Made by a program: the position numbers and the translations under genes. A DNA stretch of 64,000 nucleotides, taken from positions 11,405 through 75,404 of the forward strand of contig CAWBPS010000006.1 in the NCBI GenBank assembly GCA_963790645.1, given 5' to 3'. This DNA is from Terriglobia bacterium. GTDB lineage: Bacteria > Acidobacteriota > Terriglobia > Terriglobales > Acidobacteriaceae. The notes under the pieces were generated by a model, which ran no database searches, had not been told where the DNA came from, and saw only the letters and a program-made list of their open reading frames with translations. Numbering within the stretch: position 1 is the stretch's first letter; each line of letters opens with the position of its first letter. Below, one piece after another: positions 35,987 through 44,781 of the stretch.

Positions 35987-37074
35987 GATGGCGGCTGATC
36001 GTCCGTTTCTATCCCTGCCAGCCGCGCCGCCATTGCGGTTATGTCGCGTGCTGCATCGGGGTGGGCCAGCTTGCGCGCGGCTGCACTCATGCGTTGCAGA
36101 CGGCCCGAATCGCCCAGCAGCGCGGCGATGGTATCGGCCAGCCAGACCCGCTCAAGCTTCGTTTCTTCCACCACCACGGCCGCGCCGGCGCGTTCCAGCG
36201 CCTGGGCATTGACCCGCTGATGATCGTCTGCCGCGAGCGGGAAAGGAACAAAAACGGCCGGCTTCCCCGCCGCGGTGATTTCCGCCACCGTGCTCGCACC
36301 CGAGCGGCACAGCAGCAAATCGGCCCGGGCGAAGACCCCGGGCATGTCCGTGATAAAGGGAGAGACTTCAGATGACAAGCCTGCCTGCTGATACGCAGCC
36401 TGTGCGTCATTGAAGCCGCGCTCGCCCGTCTGATGGATGATGTGGATATCCGGTATCTGTTTCACCAGTTCCGGCAAACACTGAACCATGGCCTGGTTGA
36501 TGGCATTGGCCCCCTGGCTTCCGCCGAAAACCAGCAGGGTAGGATTCGCGTTTCCGGTAGCGCGCCCCGCGATCTGGAAAAACGCCTCGCGCACCGGCAC
36601 CCCGGTGACTTCTGCGTTGCGGAAATATTCTGCTGTCTCTTCAAAGTGAACCGCCGCGCCTGAAACCCATCTCGCCACCATGCGATTGGCGAAGCCGGGC
36701 ACCACGTTGGGTTCGAAGGCCAGGGTCGGAGTTCCCCTCAGAATGGCCGCCAGCATGGCCGGGCCGGACGCGTATCCGCCCACCCCGATCACAATATCGG
36801 GTTGGAACTCAGCCAGAATACTGCGAGCGTCCCAGACCGCGCGAGGAAGATCGAACAGAGTCTTCAGCCGCGTCTTGAGGCTGACCTTGTTGAGCGCGCC
36901 TACCTGAACCAATCGCAACGGAAATCCCGCCGCCGGAACCAGCCGGTTCTCGATGCCGCGCGCGGTTCCGACAAACAGTACCTCCGCGCCATACCGCTTC
37001 TGTAGTTCGTGGGCAATGGCCAGGGCGGGAATTACGTGTCCGCCGGTGCCGCCCCCCGCCAGAATTGCCCGCAT
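35980..37074 (-). CDS. murG: Undecaprenyldiphospho-muramoylpentapeptide beta-N-acetylglucosaminyltransferase
   Basis: [32 protein letters not shown] and the C-terminal GT28 domain. Confidence 0.95.
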   Translation of the reverse strand: MRAILAGGGTGGHVIPALAIAHELQKRYGAEVLFVGTARGIENRLVPAAGFPLRLVQVGALNKVSLKTRLKTLFDLPRAVWDARSILAEFQPDIVIGVGGYASGPAMLAAILRGTPTLAFEPNVVPGFANRMVARWVSGAAVHFEETAEYFRNAEVTGVPVREAFFQIAGRATGNANPTLLVFGGSQGANAINQAMVQCLPELVKQIPDIHIIHQTGERGFNDAQAAYQQAGLSSEVSPFITDMPGVFARADLLLCRSGASTVAEITAAGKPAVFVPFPLAADDHQRVNAQALERAGAAVVVEETKLERVWLADTIAALLGDSGRLQRMSAAARKLAHPDAARDITAMAARLAGIETDDQPPST

Positions 37075-37150
37075 GATCTGACTATAAACCGGAAGTTGTG
37101 GAGTCAGATCACGGCAAGTTGACAGTTAAGGAGCATGCGCCATCGCGACC

Positions 37151-37277
37151 CACGTAGGCCCGGACGCCCTCGTCCGGGCGGGCGAGCGCAGCTCGCCGAG
37201 ATGTTTACAGGTAGGAAAGCAGAAAACCCTGCCGGGCGTTGCCCGGCCGGGCGGGTGGGGACACCCGCCCCTACGTG
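37151..37277. repeat. Family D element, copy D2
   Basis: The element reads CACGTAGGCCCGGACGCCCTCGTCCGGGCGGGCGAGCGCAGCTCGCC ... CCGGGCGGGTGGGGACACCCGCCCCTACGTG. Confidence 0.85.
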
Positions 37278-37317
37278 GGCGGTGTTGTGCCAGACTGCTC
37301 ATCGATATACTCAGACC

Positions 37318-39219
37318 ATGAATCAGGAGAAGCGCGACCGCGAACTCGGCATGGGCCGCCGCATTACCCGCCGCGATTTTCTGAACGGCGTCGCCGTAGG
37401 GATCGGCGTGCTGGGATTGTCAGAACTGGCTTCAGGCAAAGCCTCAGGTGAGGGTCATTCTGCAGCGGAACCCTACCCACCGGCGCTCACGGGTATGAGA
37501 GGCAGTCAGCCGGGCGCCTTTGACGTCGCCCACGCCCTGCGTGATGGAACTTTTTGGGAGACCGCCGGGGATCCAACAGACACAGGTGAGACTTACGATC
37601 TGATTGTCGTGGGCGGCGGCATCAGCGGGCTGGCAGCCGCTTACTTCTACCGCAAACAGGCTGGCACAAAATCCCGCATTCTCATTCTCGACAATCACGA
37701 CGACTTCGGCGGACACGCCCGGCGCAACGAGTTTCGCGTGGGCAAGCGCCTGCTTCTGAGCAACGGCGGCACCCAGTCGATTGAGAGTCCTTCAGAGTAC
37801 AGCGCGGTTGCCAGGAGCGTTCTCCAGGATCTCGGGATCGAAACCAAAAAATTCTACAAGGCCTACGACCAGAAACTCTACTCGCATCTGGGGACGGCTT
37901 GCTTCTTCGACAAGGAGACTTTCGGCGAAGACCGCGTGGTGCCGGGCATGGGCTCGCTCCCCTGGGCCGAGTTTCTTGACAAGACTCCGCTACCCGAAAA
38001 AGTGCGGAGCGAGATTGCGCGGCTCTATACCGAGAAGAAGGATTACTTGCCGGGCCTATCCCGCGAGCAGAAGCAGGCTCGCCTGGCCAGCATCAGCTAC
38101 GCCGGATTTCTGACCGATATCTGCCACGCCGATCCCGCCGTTCTTCCGTTCTTTCATACCTATACCTACGATCTGTTCGCCGTGGGAATCGAGGCCATCT
38201 CAGCCCTGGCCTGCTATCGAAATCCGGACGACTACGGGGCATACCACTACGCCGGCTTCGATGGCATGGACCTGGGCGAGAGCGCGGAAGACGAAGGCGA
38301 GCCTTACATCTTCCACTTTCCCGACGGCAACGCCTCGATCGCGCGCCTGCTGGTCCGGTCGCTGGTTCCCGAATGCATCCCGGGACACACGATGGAAGAC
38401 GTCGTCACAGCCCGGGCCGACTACGGCAAGTTGGACCAGCCCTCGGCTCCGATTCGTATTCGTCTCAACGCTACAGCTGCGCGAGTGCGGCATCTTGGTC
38501 CGCCCGATGCAGCGAAAGAAGTTGAAGTCGCTTACATGCGGGAGGGAAAGCTACAGAGCGCGAAGGGCAAAGCCTGCGTACTTGCCTGCTACAACGGCAT
38601 GGTTCCGTATCTCTGCACGGACCTGCCGGAGTCGCAGAAAGAGGCACTGCATTACGGCGTGAAAGAGCCCTTCATCTACACCCACGTTGCGATTCGCAAC
38701 TGGACGGCATTTCACAAACTGGGAATCCGGCAGATCATTTCGCCCGGCGGCTATCACTGCTTTACCATGCTGGACTTTCCCGTCAGCCTGGGCGAATACA
38801 AATTCCCCAGCAATCCCCAGGAACCGATGGTGCTGTTCATGCTGCGCACCCCCTGCACGGCCGGCCTGCCGCGCCGCGACCAGTACCGCATGGGAAGATT
38901 CGAGCTGATCAACACACCTTTCTCTACCTTCGAACGCAACATCCGGGACCAGTTGCAACGCATGCTGTCGCCCGGCGGATTCAACGCTTCCCGCGACATT
39001 GCAGCCATCACGGTAAATCGTTGGGGACACGGCTACGCCTACGAATACGATTCGTTTTCCGACCCACACTGGGCGCCGGAGGATCGTCCCTGCGTGATCG
39101 GCCGCAAGCAATTTGGCAGGATCTCGATCGCTAATTCCGACGCCGCCGCCAGCGCGTACACCAACGCGGCCATCGACCAGGCCTATCGCGCGGTCCAGGA
39201 ACAGCTGACAAGCTCATGA
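37318..39219 (+). CDS. TAT-exported FAD/NAD(P)-binding oxidoreductase (amine-oxidase / spermidine-dehydrogenase-like)
   Basis: TAT signal [21 protein letters not shown] and dinucleotide fold [18 protein letters not shown]. The ORF track extension to 37135 only reads through repeat D2. Confidence 0.7.
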   Translation: MNQEKRDRELGMGRRITRRDFLNGVAVGIGVLGLSELASGKASGEGHSAAEPYPPALTGMRGSQPGAFDVAHALRDGTFWETAGDPTDTGETYDLIVVGGGISGLAAAYFYRKQAGTKSRILILDNHDDFGGHARRNEFRVGKRLLLSNGGTQSIESPSEYSAVARSVLQDLGIETKKFYKAYDQKLYSHLGTACFFDKETFGEDRVVPGMGSLPWAEFLDKTPLPEKVRSEIARLYTEKKDYLPGLSREQKQARLASISYAGFLTDICHADPAVLPFFHTYTYDLFAVGIEAISALACYRNPDDYGAYHYAGFDGMDLGESAEDEGEPYIFHFPDGNASIARLLVRSLVPECIPGHTMEDVVTARADYGKLDQPSAPIRIRLNATAARVRHLGPPDAAKEVEVAYMREGKLQSAKGKACVLACYNGMVPYLCTDLPESQKEALHYGVKEPFIYTHVAIRNWTAFHKLGIRQIISPGGYHCFTMLDFPVSLGEYKFPSNPQEPMVLFMLRTPCTAGLPRRDQYRMGRFELINTPFSTFERNIRDQLQRMLSPGGFNASRDIAAITVNRWGHGYAYEYDSFSDPHWAPEDRPCVIGRKQFGRISIANSDAAASAYTNAAIDQAYRAVQEQLTSS

Positions 39220-39234
39220 AATGTCCATTGCCGT

Positions 39235-39436
39235 GTCATCCTGAGCGAAATCGGCCCATTCGCTTGCGAATGGGCCGATGAAGTCGAAGGACCCCTACCT
39301 CAGGAAACAGGTGTCCCGCATTTTTCTTGAAGTGCGATCGACAAAACATGAGGTTGCCAGCATCCGCGTGAACATAGGGGTCCTTCGACTCCGGGGCTGC
39401 TTCGCAAAGCGAAGCAGCCCCTGCGCTCAGGATGAC
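39235..39436. repeat. Family C cruciform element, copy C2
   Basis: The element reads GTCATCCTGAGCG-[hairpin]-GAAGTCGAAGGACCCCTA ... TAGGGGTCCTTCGAC-[hairpin]-CGCTCAGGATGAC. Confidence 0.9.
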
Positions 39437-39455
39437 ATTTCCAAAATGAAGTGCG

Positions 39456-40547
39456 TCAGTCGGTTTGCTTGGTGATGTTGAGCAGGACGCCCACGCAGGC
39501 CAGGGTCACGAACAGCGACGATCCTCCGTAAGATACGAAGGGCAGCGGGATCCCCTTGGTCGGCATAAGGCCCAGTACCACGCTCATATTGATGAAGGCC
39601 TGCACCACCACCATGCTGGTGATCCCGACCGCGAGCAGCCGGCCGAACGTGTCCTGGGTGCGGAGCGCGGTGCGAACTCCACGCCACAGGAAGATTCCGA
39701 AAAGCAGCAGGACCACAAGCGATCCCAGCAGACCCAACTCTTCGGCAGTTACGGCAAAAATAAAATCGGTGTGCGGTTCGGGCAAATAAAACAGCTTCTG
39801 CTTGCCTTCCATGAATCCCAGGCCGGTAACGCCTCCGGTGCTCACCGCAATCAGTGACTGAATAATGTGAAAGCCTTTTCCCTGCGGGTCCGAGTAGGGA
39901 TTGAGAAACGCCAGAATGCGGTCGCGGCGATAGGCAACATGAAAGATCAGAAAATAGAGGGGAAGCAACGACGCCAGCCCGGCGTATCCCAGCCAGCGCA
40001 GGTCGAGGCCGGCCACGAACAGGATGCACGCGGTAATCGCGGCGCAGGCGATGGCAGTACCCAGGTCGGGCTGAAACACGATCAGGCCCAGAAACATCAG
40101 CGTGGGCAGGACCGCGGGCAGCAACGTGTTTCGCCAGTCGTTCATGGCGTTAAGACGGCTCTCCAGAAAGAAAGCCAGAAACAGAATGATTGCGACCTTG
40201 GCGACTTCAGACGGCTGGAAAGAAAACCCGCTGAAGTGAATCCAGCGGTGCGTGTTGTGGGCGCGGTCGAGAAAAAAGACCGAGATCAACATCAGGGTAG
40301 TAACGCCCAACATCGAAAACACGACCCCGGGATGCTTGTAGCGCCGGTAGTCAACCTTCATCGCGATCACCATGGCGGCAAGGCCGGCGGCCGCCCATCC
40401 CACCTGCCGCAACAGGAAGTAATAGCCCGAGCCATAGCGTTCCTTCGCCATAACCGCCGAGGCGCTGAATACCATCACCAATCCGACAAATACCAGGATC
40501 AGGGTGACAGTAAACAGCCAGCTATCGACGCTTACGCGCTTGGCCAT
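39456..40547 (-). CDS. ftsW: Cell division peptidoglycan polymerase FtsW (SEDS family)
   Basis: 10-TM SEDS protein (QPSEVAKV, PEPHTDFIFA, GLMPTKGIPLPFVSYGGSS) at the dcw position between murD and murG. Confidence 0.9.
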   Translation of the reverse strand: MAKRVSVDSWLFTVTLILVFVGLVMVFSASAVMAKERYGSGYYFLLRQVGWAAAGLAAMVIAMKVDYRRYKHPGVVFSMLGVTTLMLISVFFLDRAHNTHRWIHFSGFSFQPSEVAKVAIILFLAFFLESRLNAMNDWRNTLLPAVLPTLMFLGLIVFQPDLGTAIACAAITACILFVAGLDLRWLGYAGLASLLPLYFLIFHVAYRRDRILAFLNPYSDPQGKGFHIIQSLIAVSTGGVTGLGFMEGKQKLFYLPEPHTDFIFAVTAEELGLLGSLVVLLLFGIFLWRGVRTALRTQDTFGRLLAVGITSMVVVQAFINMSVVLGLMPTKGIPLPFVSYGGSSLFVTLACVGVLLNITKQTD

Positions 40548-40557
40548 GGGGAATTCA

Positions 40558-40589
40558 TTTCACCACGGAGACGCGGAGACACGGAGCAG
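40558..40589. repeat. Solo CACGGAG/CACAGAG-type octamer repeat
   Basis: TTTCACCACGGAGACGCGGAGACACGGAGCAG lies upstream of the ftsW start. Confidence 0.6.
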
Positions 40590-40650
40590 AATGTCTGTGA
40601 ATTTCCAGGGTGGACTGTAACCAACTTGGTTCCCCGGGGGGGAAGGGTTT

Positions 40651-40757
40651 CAATGTGGGCGCGAGCGCCCCGCTCGTGCGGGGGTGCCACAAACCACGTG
40701 GGACACGTGGTTTGTGTGATGTCACAGAGGCACGAGCGGGGCGCTCGCGCCTACATT
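40651..40757. repeat. Family A palindromic element, copy A2 (with nested inner palindrome)
   Basis: The arms are CAATGTGGGCGCGAGCGCCCCGCTCGTGC ... GCACGAGCGGGGCGCTCGCGCCTACATTG. The inner palindrome is CACAAACCACGTG GGA CACGTGGTTTGTG. The right terminus supplies the murD stop. Confidence 0.85.
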
Positions 40758-42103
40758 GCGGACAGGGCGTGTACTACTTCTTTGAATACTCTGCCCCGGT
40801 GCTCGTAGTTCCGGAACTGGTCGAAGCTGGCACAGGCCGGAGCCAGCAGCACGACGTCTCCTGCTGCGGCGATCGCCGAGGCGCGCCTCAGCGCGGTTTC
40901 AAGCGTCTCGGAGTGGTCGATTTCCACGCCTTTGATCTGGGACTCGATCTTTTCCGCAGCCGCTCCAATCGTATAGACCCGCTTGACCCGCTGCCGCAGC
41001 AGTTCGTTGAGCTGTGTGTAGTCACTGTCTTTGTCCTTGCCGCCCAGAATCAGGTGGACATTTGCCGGGAACGATTCCAGGGCCTTGATCGTCGCATCCA
41101 CATTGGTGGCCTTGGAGTCGTTGTAATATTCAACGCCGCGAATGGTCGCGACATACTCCAGCCGGTGTTCGACCGCTTTGAAGCCTCGTACCGCCTGGCT
41201 GATGCGTGCAGGCTCGCAACCCATAAGCGCGCCGACGCAAACCGCGGCCAGAACGTTCTCCACGTTGTGGCCTCCCTTGAGAGGGATTTCCGAAGCCAGC
41301 ATGATCTCGCGCTGCCCTTTGCCATCGCGAAGAAGGACGCGGCCATCGCGGACGCACGCACCTTGCTCAACTTCTTTCTTGCGGCTGAACCAGAAGACTT
41401 GCGCCCGCGTACGGCCGGCCAGTCCGGCGCAGGTGGGATCGTCGGCATTCAGGACCGCGAAATCTTCCGCCTTCTGGTTCTCAAAAATGCGGGCCTTCGC
41501 GTTCGTATAGGCCTCGAACGTGCGGTGACGGTCGAGGTGGTCAGGCGTGATGTTGAGCACCACGGCAACTTTTGGACGAAAGGTCTGGATCGTTTCCAGC
41601 TGGAAGCTCGATACTTCCAGAACTACCAGGGTATTGGCTTTGGCGCGCTCGACCAGCGAGATTGCTGGTGTGCCGATATTGCCGCCGACCAAGGTCGGGA
41701 AGCCACCCGCCGCAACGATTTCACCCGCCAGCGTCGTGGTCGTGGTCTTGCCGTTCGAACCGGTGATGGCGACGATGTTCCCGGGCAGGAATTGTGACGC
41801 CAGCTCAATCTCGCCGATCACGGGCTCGCCGAGGGCACGGGCCTGCACCAGCGGGGGCGAGTCCACCGGGACGCCGGGGCTGACCACGATCAGGTCCTGC
41901 CCTCGAAATGTGCGCTCGCCGTGTCCACCGGTTTCTACAGCAATGCCGTGATCGAGCAGCAGTGGGATTTCTTCCCCCAGCTGGTCTTGCGGCTTGGCGT
42001 CGGAGACCGTGACCTTCGCGCCCCGGGACTTCAGAAACAAAGCCGAGGCCACGCCGGATTTGCCCAGCCCGACGACGAGAACGCGTTTGTTGGCAAGATC
42101 CAT
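40751..42103 (-). CDS. murD: UDP-N-acetylmuramoylalanine--D-glutamate ligase
   Basis: VLVVGLGKSGVA, AITGSNGKTTTT, and Mur ligase middle and C-terminal domains. Confidence 0.95.
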   Translation of the reverse strand: MDLANKRVLVVGLGKSGVASALFLKSRGAKVTVSDAKPQDQLGEEIPLLLDHGIAVETGGHGERTFRGQDLIVVSPGVPVDSPPLVQARALGEPVIGEIELASQFLPGNIVAITGSNGKTTTTTLAGEIVAAGGFPTLVGGNIGTPAISLVERAKANTLVVLEVSSFQLETIQTFRPKVAVVLNITPDHLDRHRTFEAYTNAKARIFENQKAEDFAVLNADDPTCAGLAGRTRAQVFWFSRKKEVEQGACVRDGRVLLRDGKGQREIMLASEIPLKGGHNVENVLAAVCVGALMGCEPARISQAVRGFKAVEHRLEYVATIRGVEYYNDSKATNVDATIKALESFPANVHLILGGKDKDSDYTQLNELLRQRVKRVYTIGAAAEKIESQIKGVEIDHSETLETALRRASAIAAAGDVVLLAPACASFDQFRNYEHRGRVFKEVVHALSAM

Positions 42104-42119
42104 GAGGGCTGGCTGCTAG

Positions 42120-42182
42120 CTTCTGGCTTCTGGCTTGAAGGTTTGGTCTTTGGCTAGAAGCCAGGAGCCAGGAGCTAGAAGC
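42120..42182. repeat. Heptamer-periodic hairpin (9 units) in the murD-mraY junction
   Basis: CTTCTGG CTTCTGG CTTGAAG GTTTGGT CTTTGGC TAGAAGC CAGGAGC CAGGAGC TAGAAGC. The two halves are imperfectly complementary. Confidence 0.8.
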
Positions 42183-42184
42183 GT

Positions 42185-43318
42185 TTATCTTAGCTTTAAC
42201 GTAGTCAGGGCGAACAGGGCAAATACCAGCGACCCAATCCAGAAGCGCACGATGATTTTTGATTCTGACCAGCCCAGCAGTTCGAAATGATGGTGCAGAG
42301 GCGCCATCTTGAAGATGCGTTTCTTTCGCAATTTGTAGGACGCAACCTGAAGAATCACGGACAGCGCCTCGATCACAAAGATGCCGCCGATGAAAGGCAG
42401 CAGCAGTTCCTGCTTGATCATCACGGCTACCGTGCCGATAGCGCCGCCCAGGGCCAGGGACCCTACGTCCCCCATGAAGACTTCGGCGGGATGGGCGTTG
42501 TACCAGAGGAATCCGATGGACGCTCCGACCATGGCCCCGCAGAAGATCGTCAGCTCACCGGCCAGAGGCATGCGCTGCAATTCAAGGTACTGTGCGAAGG
42601 TGGCGTGGCCGCTGACGTAAGTAAGGACAGCCAGCGCCCCGGCGGCAATGACGGTGCATCCGATGGCGAGACCGTCCAGGCCGTCGGTAAGATTCACCGC
42701 GTTGCTCGAACCCACAATCACCAGTACCACAAAAGCCACAAAGGGAAGAAACGCCAGCGGCCACAGCGCAGGATTGTTGACCAGCTTCTCGATCACCAGG
42801 TCGGGATGAAATTGTTTGATGAAGGGAACCATCAGCTTGGTCGAGTAGGCGTCCCGCGTCTGCATGGCGATCAGCGCCACCGCGATCAGGATGCTTACGG
42901 CAATCTGCAAGCCCAGCTTAGCTTTCGAAGTGAGCCCCAGGTTCCTTCGGTTCACCACTTTGATGTAGTCGTCGGCAAATCCAATGGCAGCGAAGGCGCA
43001 GGTGGCAAAAACCGCGATCCAGATGAACAGGTTGCTCAGATCGGCCCACAACAGAGTCGGGACCACGATGGAGATGGCGATCAGCAGCCCGCCCATGGTC
43101 GGAGTGCCGGCTTTTTTCTGATGGGCCTTGGGCCCCTCCTCCCGGATGAACTGGCCGATCTGAAATTCGCGCAGACGATTGATGACGATGGGGCCGACGA
43201 TCAGTGCTGTGAACAGGGCGGTGAGACTGGCAAAAGCTGTACGAAAGGTCAAATAGCGAAAAATACGGAATGGCGGAAAGTAATGGAACAGTTTCAGGTA
43301 CAGCAGCCAGTAGAGCAA
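42185..43318 (-). CDS. mraY: Phospho-N-acetylmuramoyl-pentapeptide transferase
   Basis: [45 protein letters not shown] start. Confidence 0.95.
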   Translation of the reverse strand: MLYWLLYLKLFHYFPPFRIFRYLTFRTAFASLTALFTALIVGPIVINRLREFQIGQFIREEGPKAHQKKAGTPTMGGLLIAISIVVPTLLWADLSNLFIWIAVFATCAFAAIGFADDYIKVVNRRNLGLTSKAKLGLQIAVSILIAVALIAMQTRDAYSTKLMVPFIKQFHPDLVIEKLVNNPALWPLAFLPFVAFVVLVIVGSSNAVNLTDGLDGLAIGCTVIAAGALAVLTYVSGHATFAQYLELQRMPLAGELTIFCGAMVGASIGFLWYNAHPAEVFMGDVGSLALGGAIGTVAVMIKQELLLPFIGGIFVIEALSVILQVASYKLRKKRIFKMAPLHHHFELLGWSESKIIVRFWIGSLVFALFALTTLKLR

Positions 43319-43329
43319 TCAGCCTCCCT

Positions 43330-43434
43330 GCAGTCGTCAGTCGTCGGTCTTCAGTCGTCAGGAAACAGCGGTCAGGAACGTTCGTCGGCCGACTTTGATT
43401 TGCTGACGACCGACGACTGACGACCGACGACTGC
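43330..43434. repeat. Heptamer-periodic hairpin spanning the mraY-murF junction and the murF 3' end
   Basis: The left arm is GCAGTCGTCAGTCGTCGGTCTTCAGTCGTCAGG. The right arm is GCTGACGACCGACGACTGACGACCGACGACTGC. The murF stop (43372-43374) lies in the loop. Confidence 0.8.
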
Positions 43435-44781
43435 CTCTAGAGCACGTTCCAGCTTTACGCCGCGCGACGCTTTGAGCAGAACCACGTCGCCTTCGCGGGT
43501 TTCGCGGACCAGCCACTCGCCGGCTTCTTCCGGTGTAGCCACGAATTCCGCCCTGATCCCGGCGTGGGTGGCGGCCTCGACCATGGGCTGCGCCAGGCCT
43601 CGCACTCCCACCAGGATGTCGATTCCCTTCTGCGCCATGTGCTGGCCGGAACGGCGATGCAACTCCTCGCCTGACGGACCCAGTTCCAGCATTTCGCCTG
43701 CGACCACGATGCGGCGCTTGGCCGGCATTGCCGCCAGCGTGTCCACCATTGCGTCCAGGGCCGTTGGATTGGAATTGTAACAATCGTTGATGACCGTAAT
43801 GTTGCCCAGTTGGACGACCGCCCCTCTTTTATCTGCGGGAGCGAGAGTCGCCAGGGCGCGCGTGGCCTCGGCGGGACTCAGGCCTCGCTCCATTGCGGTC
43901 GCCACCGCGGCCAGGGCGTTATAAATGTTGTGCGTCCCCACCAGGGGCAAGTTCGCGGGTTCACGGCTGCCGTCGGCCACGACATCGAACGTGGAGCCGG
44001 AGGCGCCGCGCGATACGATGTTTTCCGCTCGCACGTCGGCCGTCTGATGCAGTCCGTAGCGCACCACCTTGCCGTGAAAGTCGCGGCCGAACTGGGAGAC
44101 ATACTCGTCGTCGGCGTTGAGGATTGCGGTCCCGTTGGTGGGCAGGGACTCAATCAGTTCGTACTTTGCCCGCGCGATTTCGGCCACCGACTTGAAAAAC
44201 TCCAGATGAACTGGGGCCACGTTGGTGACCACGCCGATTTCCGGCTGCGCAATCTTTGCAAGGGCGGCAATCTCTCCCCGATGCGACATGCCCATCTCGA
44301 TGACGGCGGCTTCGTGCTCAGGCTCGATTTTCAGCAGCATCAGGGGCAGGCCGAAATGATTATTGAAGTTGCCCTCTGACTTCAGCACCCGGAAGCGTGC
44401 AGAGAGCACGTGGGCAATCGCCTCTTTGGTGGTGGTCTTGCCGGTGGACCCGGTCACGCCGATCAGCGGTTTCGCCCACAGGCGGCGGACCGCGGCACCC
44501 AGGGTTTGCAGAGCGACCAGCGTGTCGGCGACCGCCAGTAGCCGGGTCTTTACCGCATAGCGCGCCAGTTCGTCCTTGCGGACGACTGCGGCCACGGCCC
44601 CCTTTTCCAGCGCCTGCTGGACAAAATCGTGGCCATCCATGCGGTCGCCCTTCACCGCGAAAAAAAGCTCGCCGGGCTGGATGGTGCGCGAGTCAATCGA
44701 GTAAGCCTGGGCGATCGCTCTGTGGTCGAACTCGCCGCTGGCCGAAGTGAATTCGGCGATTTTCGAGAGCGGAAGCTTCAT
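43372..44781 (-). CDS. murF: UDP-N-acetylmuramoyl-tripeptide--D-alanyl-D-alanine ligase
   Basis: GVTGSTGKTTTKE, Mur ligase domains, and an ATGA overlap with the murE stop. The C-terminal roughly 20 aa are encoded by the heptamer repeat. Confidence 0.95.
   Translation of the reverse strand: MKLPLSKIAEFTSASGEFDHRAIAQAYSIDSRTIQPGELFFAVKGDRMDGHDFVQQALEKGAVAAVVRKDELARYAVKTRLLAVADTLVALQTLGAAVRRLWAKPLIGVTGSTGKTTTKEAIAHVLSARFRVLKSEGNFNNHFGLPLMLLKIEPEHEAAVIEMGMSHRGEIAALAKIAQPEIGVVTNVAPVHLEFFKSVAEIARAKYELIESLPTNGTAILNADDEYVSQFGRDFHGKVVRYGLHQTADVRAENIVSRGASGSTFDVVADGSREPANLPLVGTHNIYNALAAVATAMERGLSPAEATRALATLAPADKRGAVVQLGNITVINDCYNSNPTALDAMVDTLAAMPAKRRIVVAGEMLELGPSGEELHRRSGQHMAQKGIDILVGVRGLAQPMVEAATHAGIRAEFVATPEEAGEWLVRETREGDVVLLKASRGVKLERALEAVVGRQSSVVSKSKSADERS

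Noticed and set aside
35862-37277. murG flanked by inverted repeats as an active invertase-driven phase switch.
   Set aside because: There is no site-specific recombinase gene adjacent, and murG is essential. Only passive homologous inversion is conceivable, so it is reported as a structural observation rather than a switch.
37135-37317. N-terminal extensions offered by the ORF track that read through repeats or neighbouring genes: 37135, 52175, 54021, 35050, 16849-18015, 29772, 46355, 49694, 53496-54077 and 53909-54175.
   Set aside because: The extensions translate repeat DNA or antisense sequence. Internal ATG/GTG starts with Shine-Dalgarno-like sequences, or with proper signal peptides, give products of normal length.
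40676-40690. An apparent 1-nt discrepancy in the G-run near 40680 between my manual count of the printed sequence and the frames and coordinates implied by the ORF track.
   Set aside because: It is almost certainly my own counting error. The ORF-track coordinates are internally consistent, and I used them for all CDS. It is the reason repeat coordinates are quoted as plus or minus 1-2 nt.
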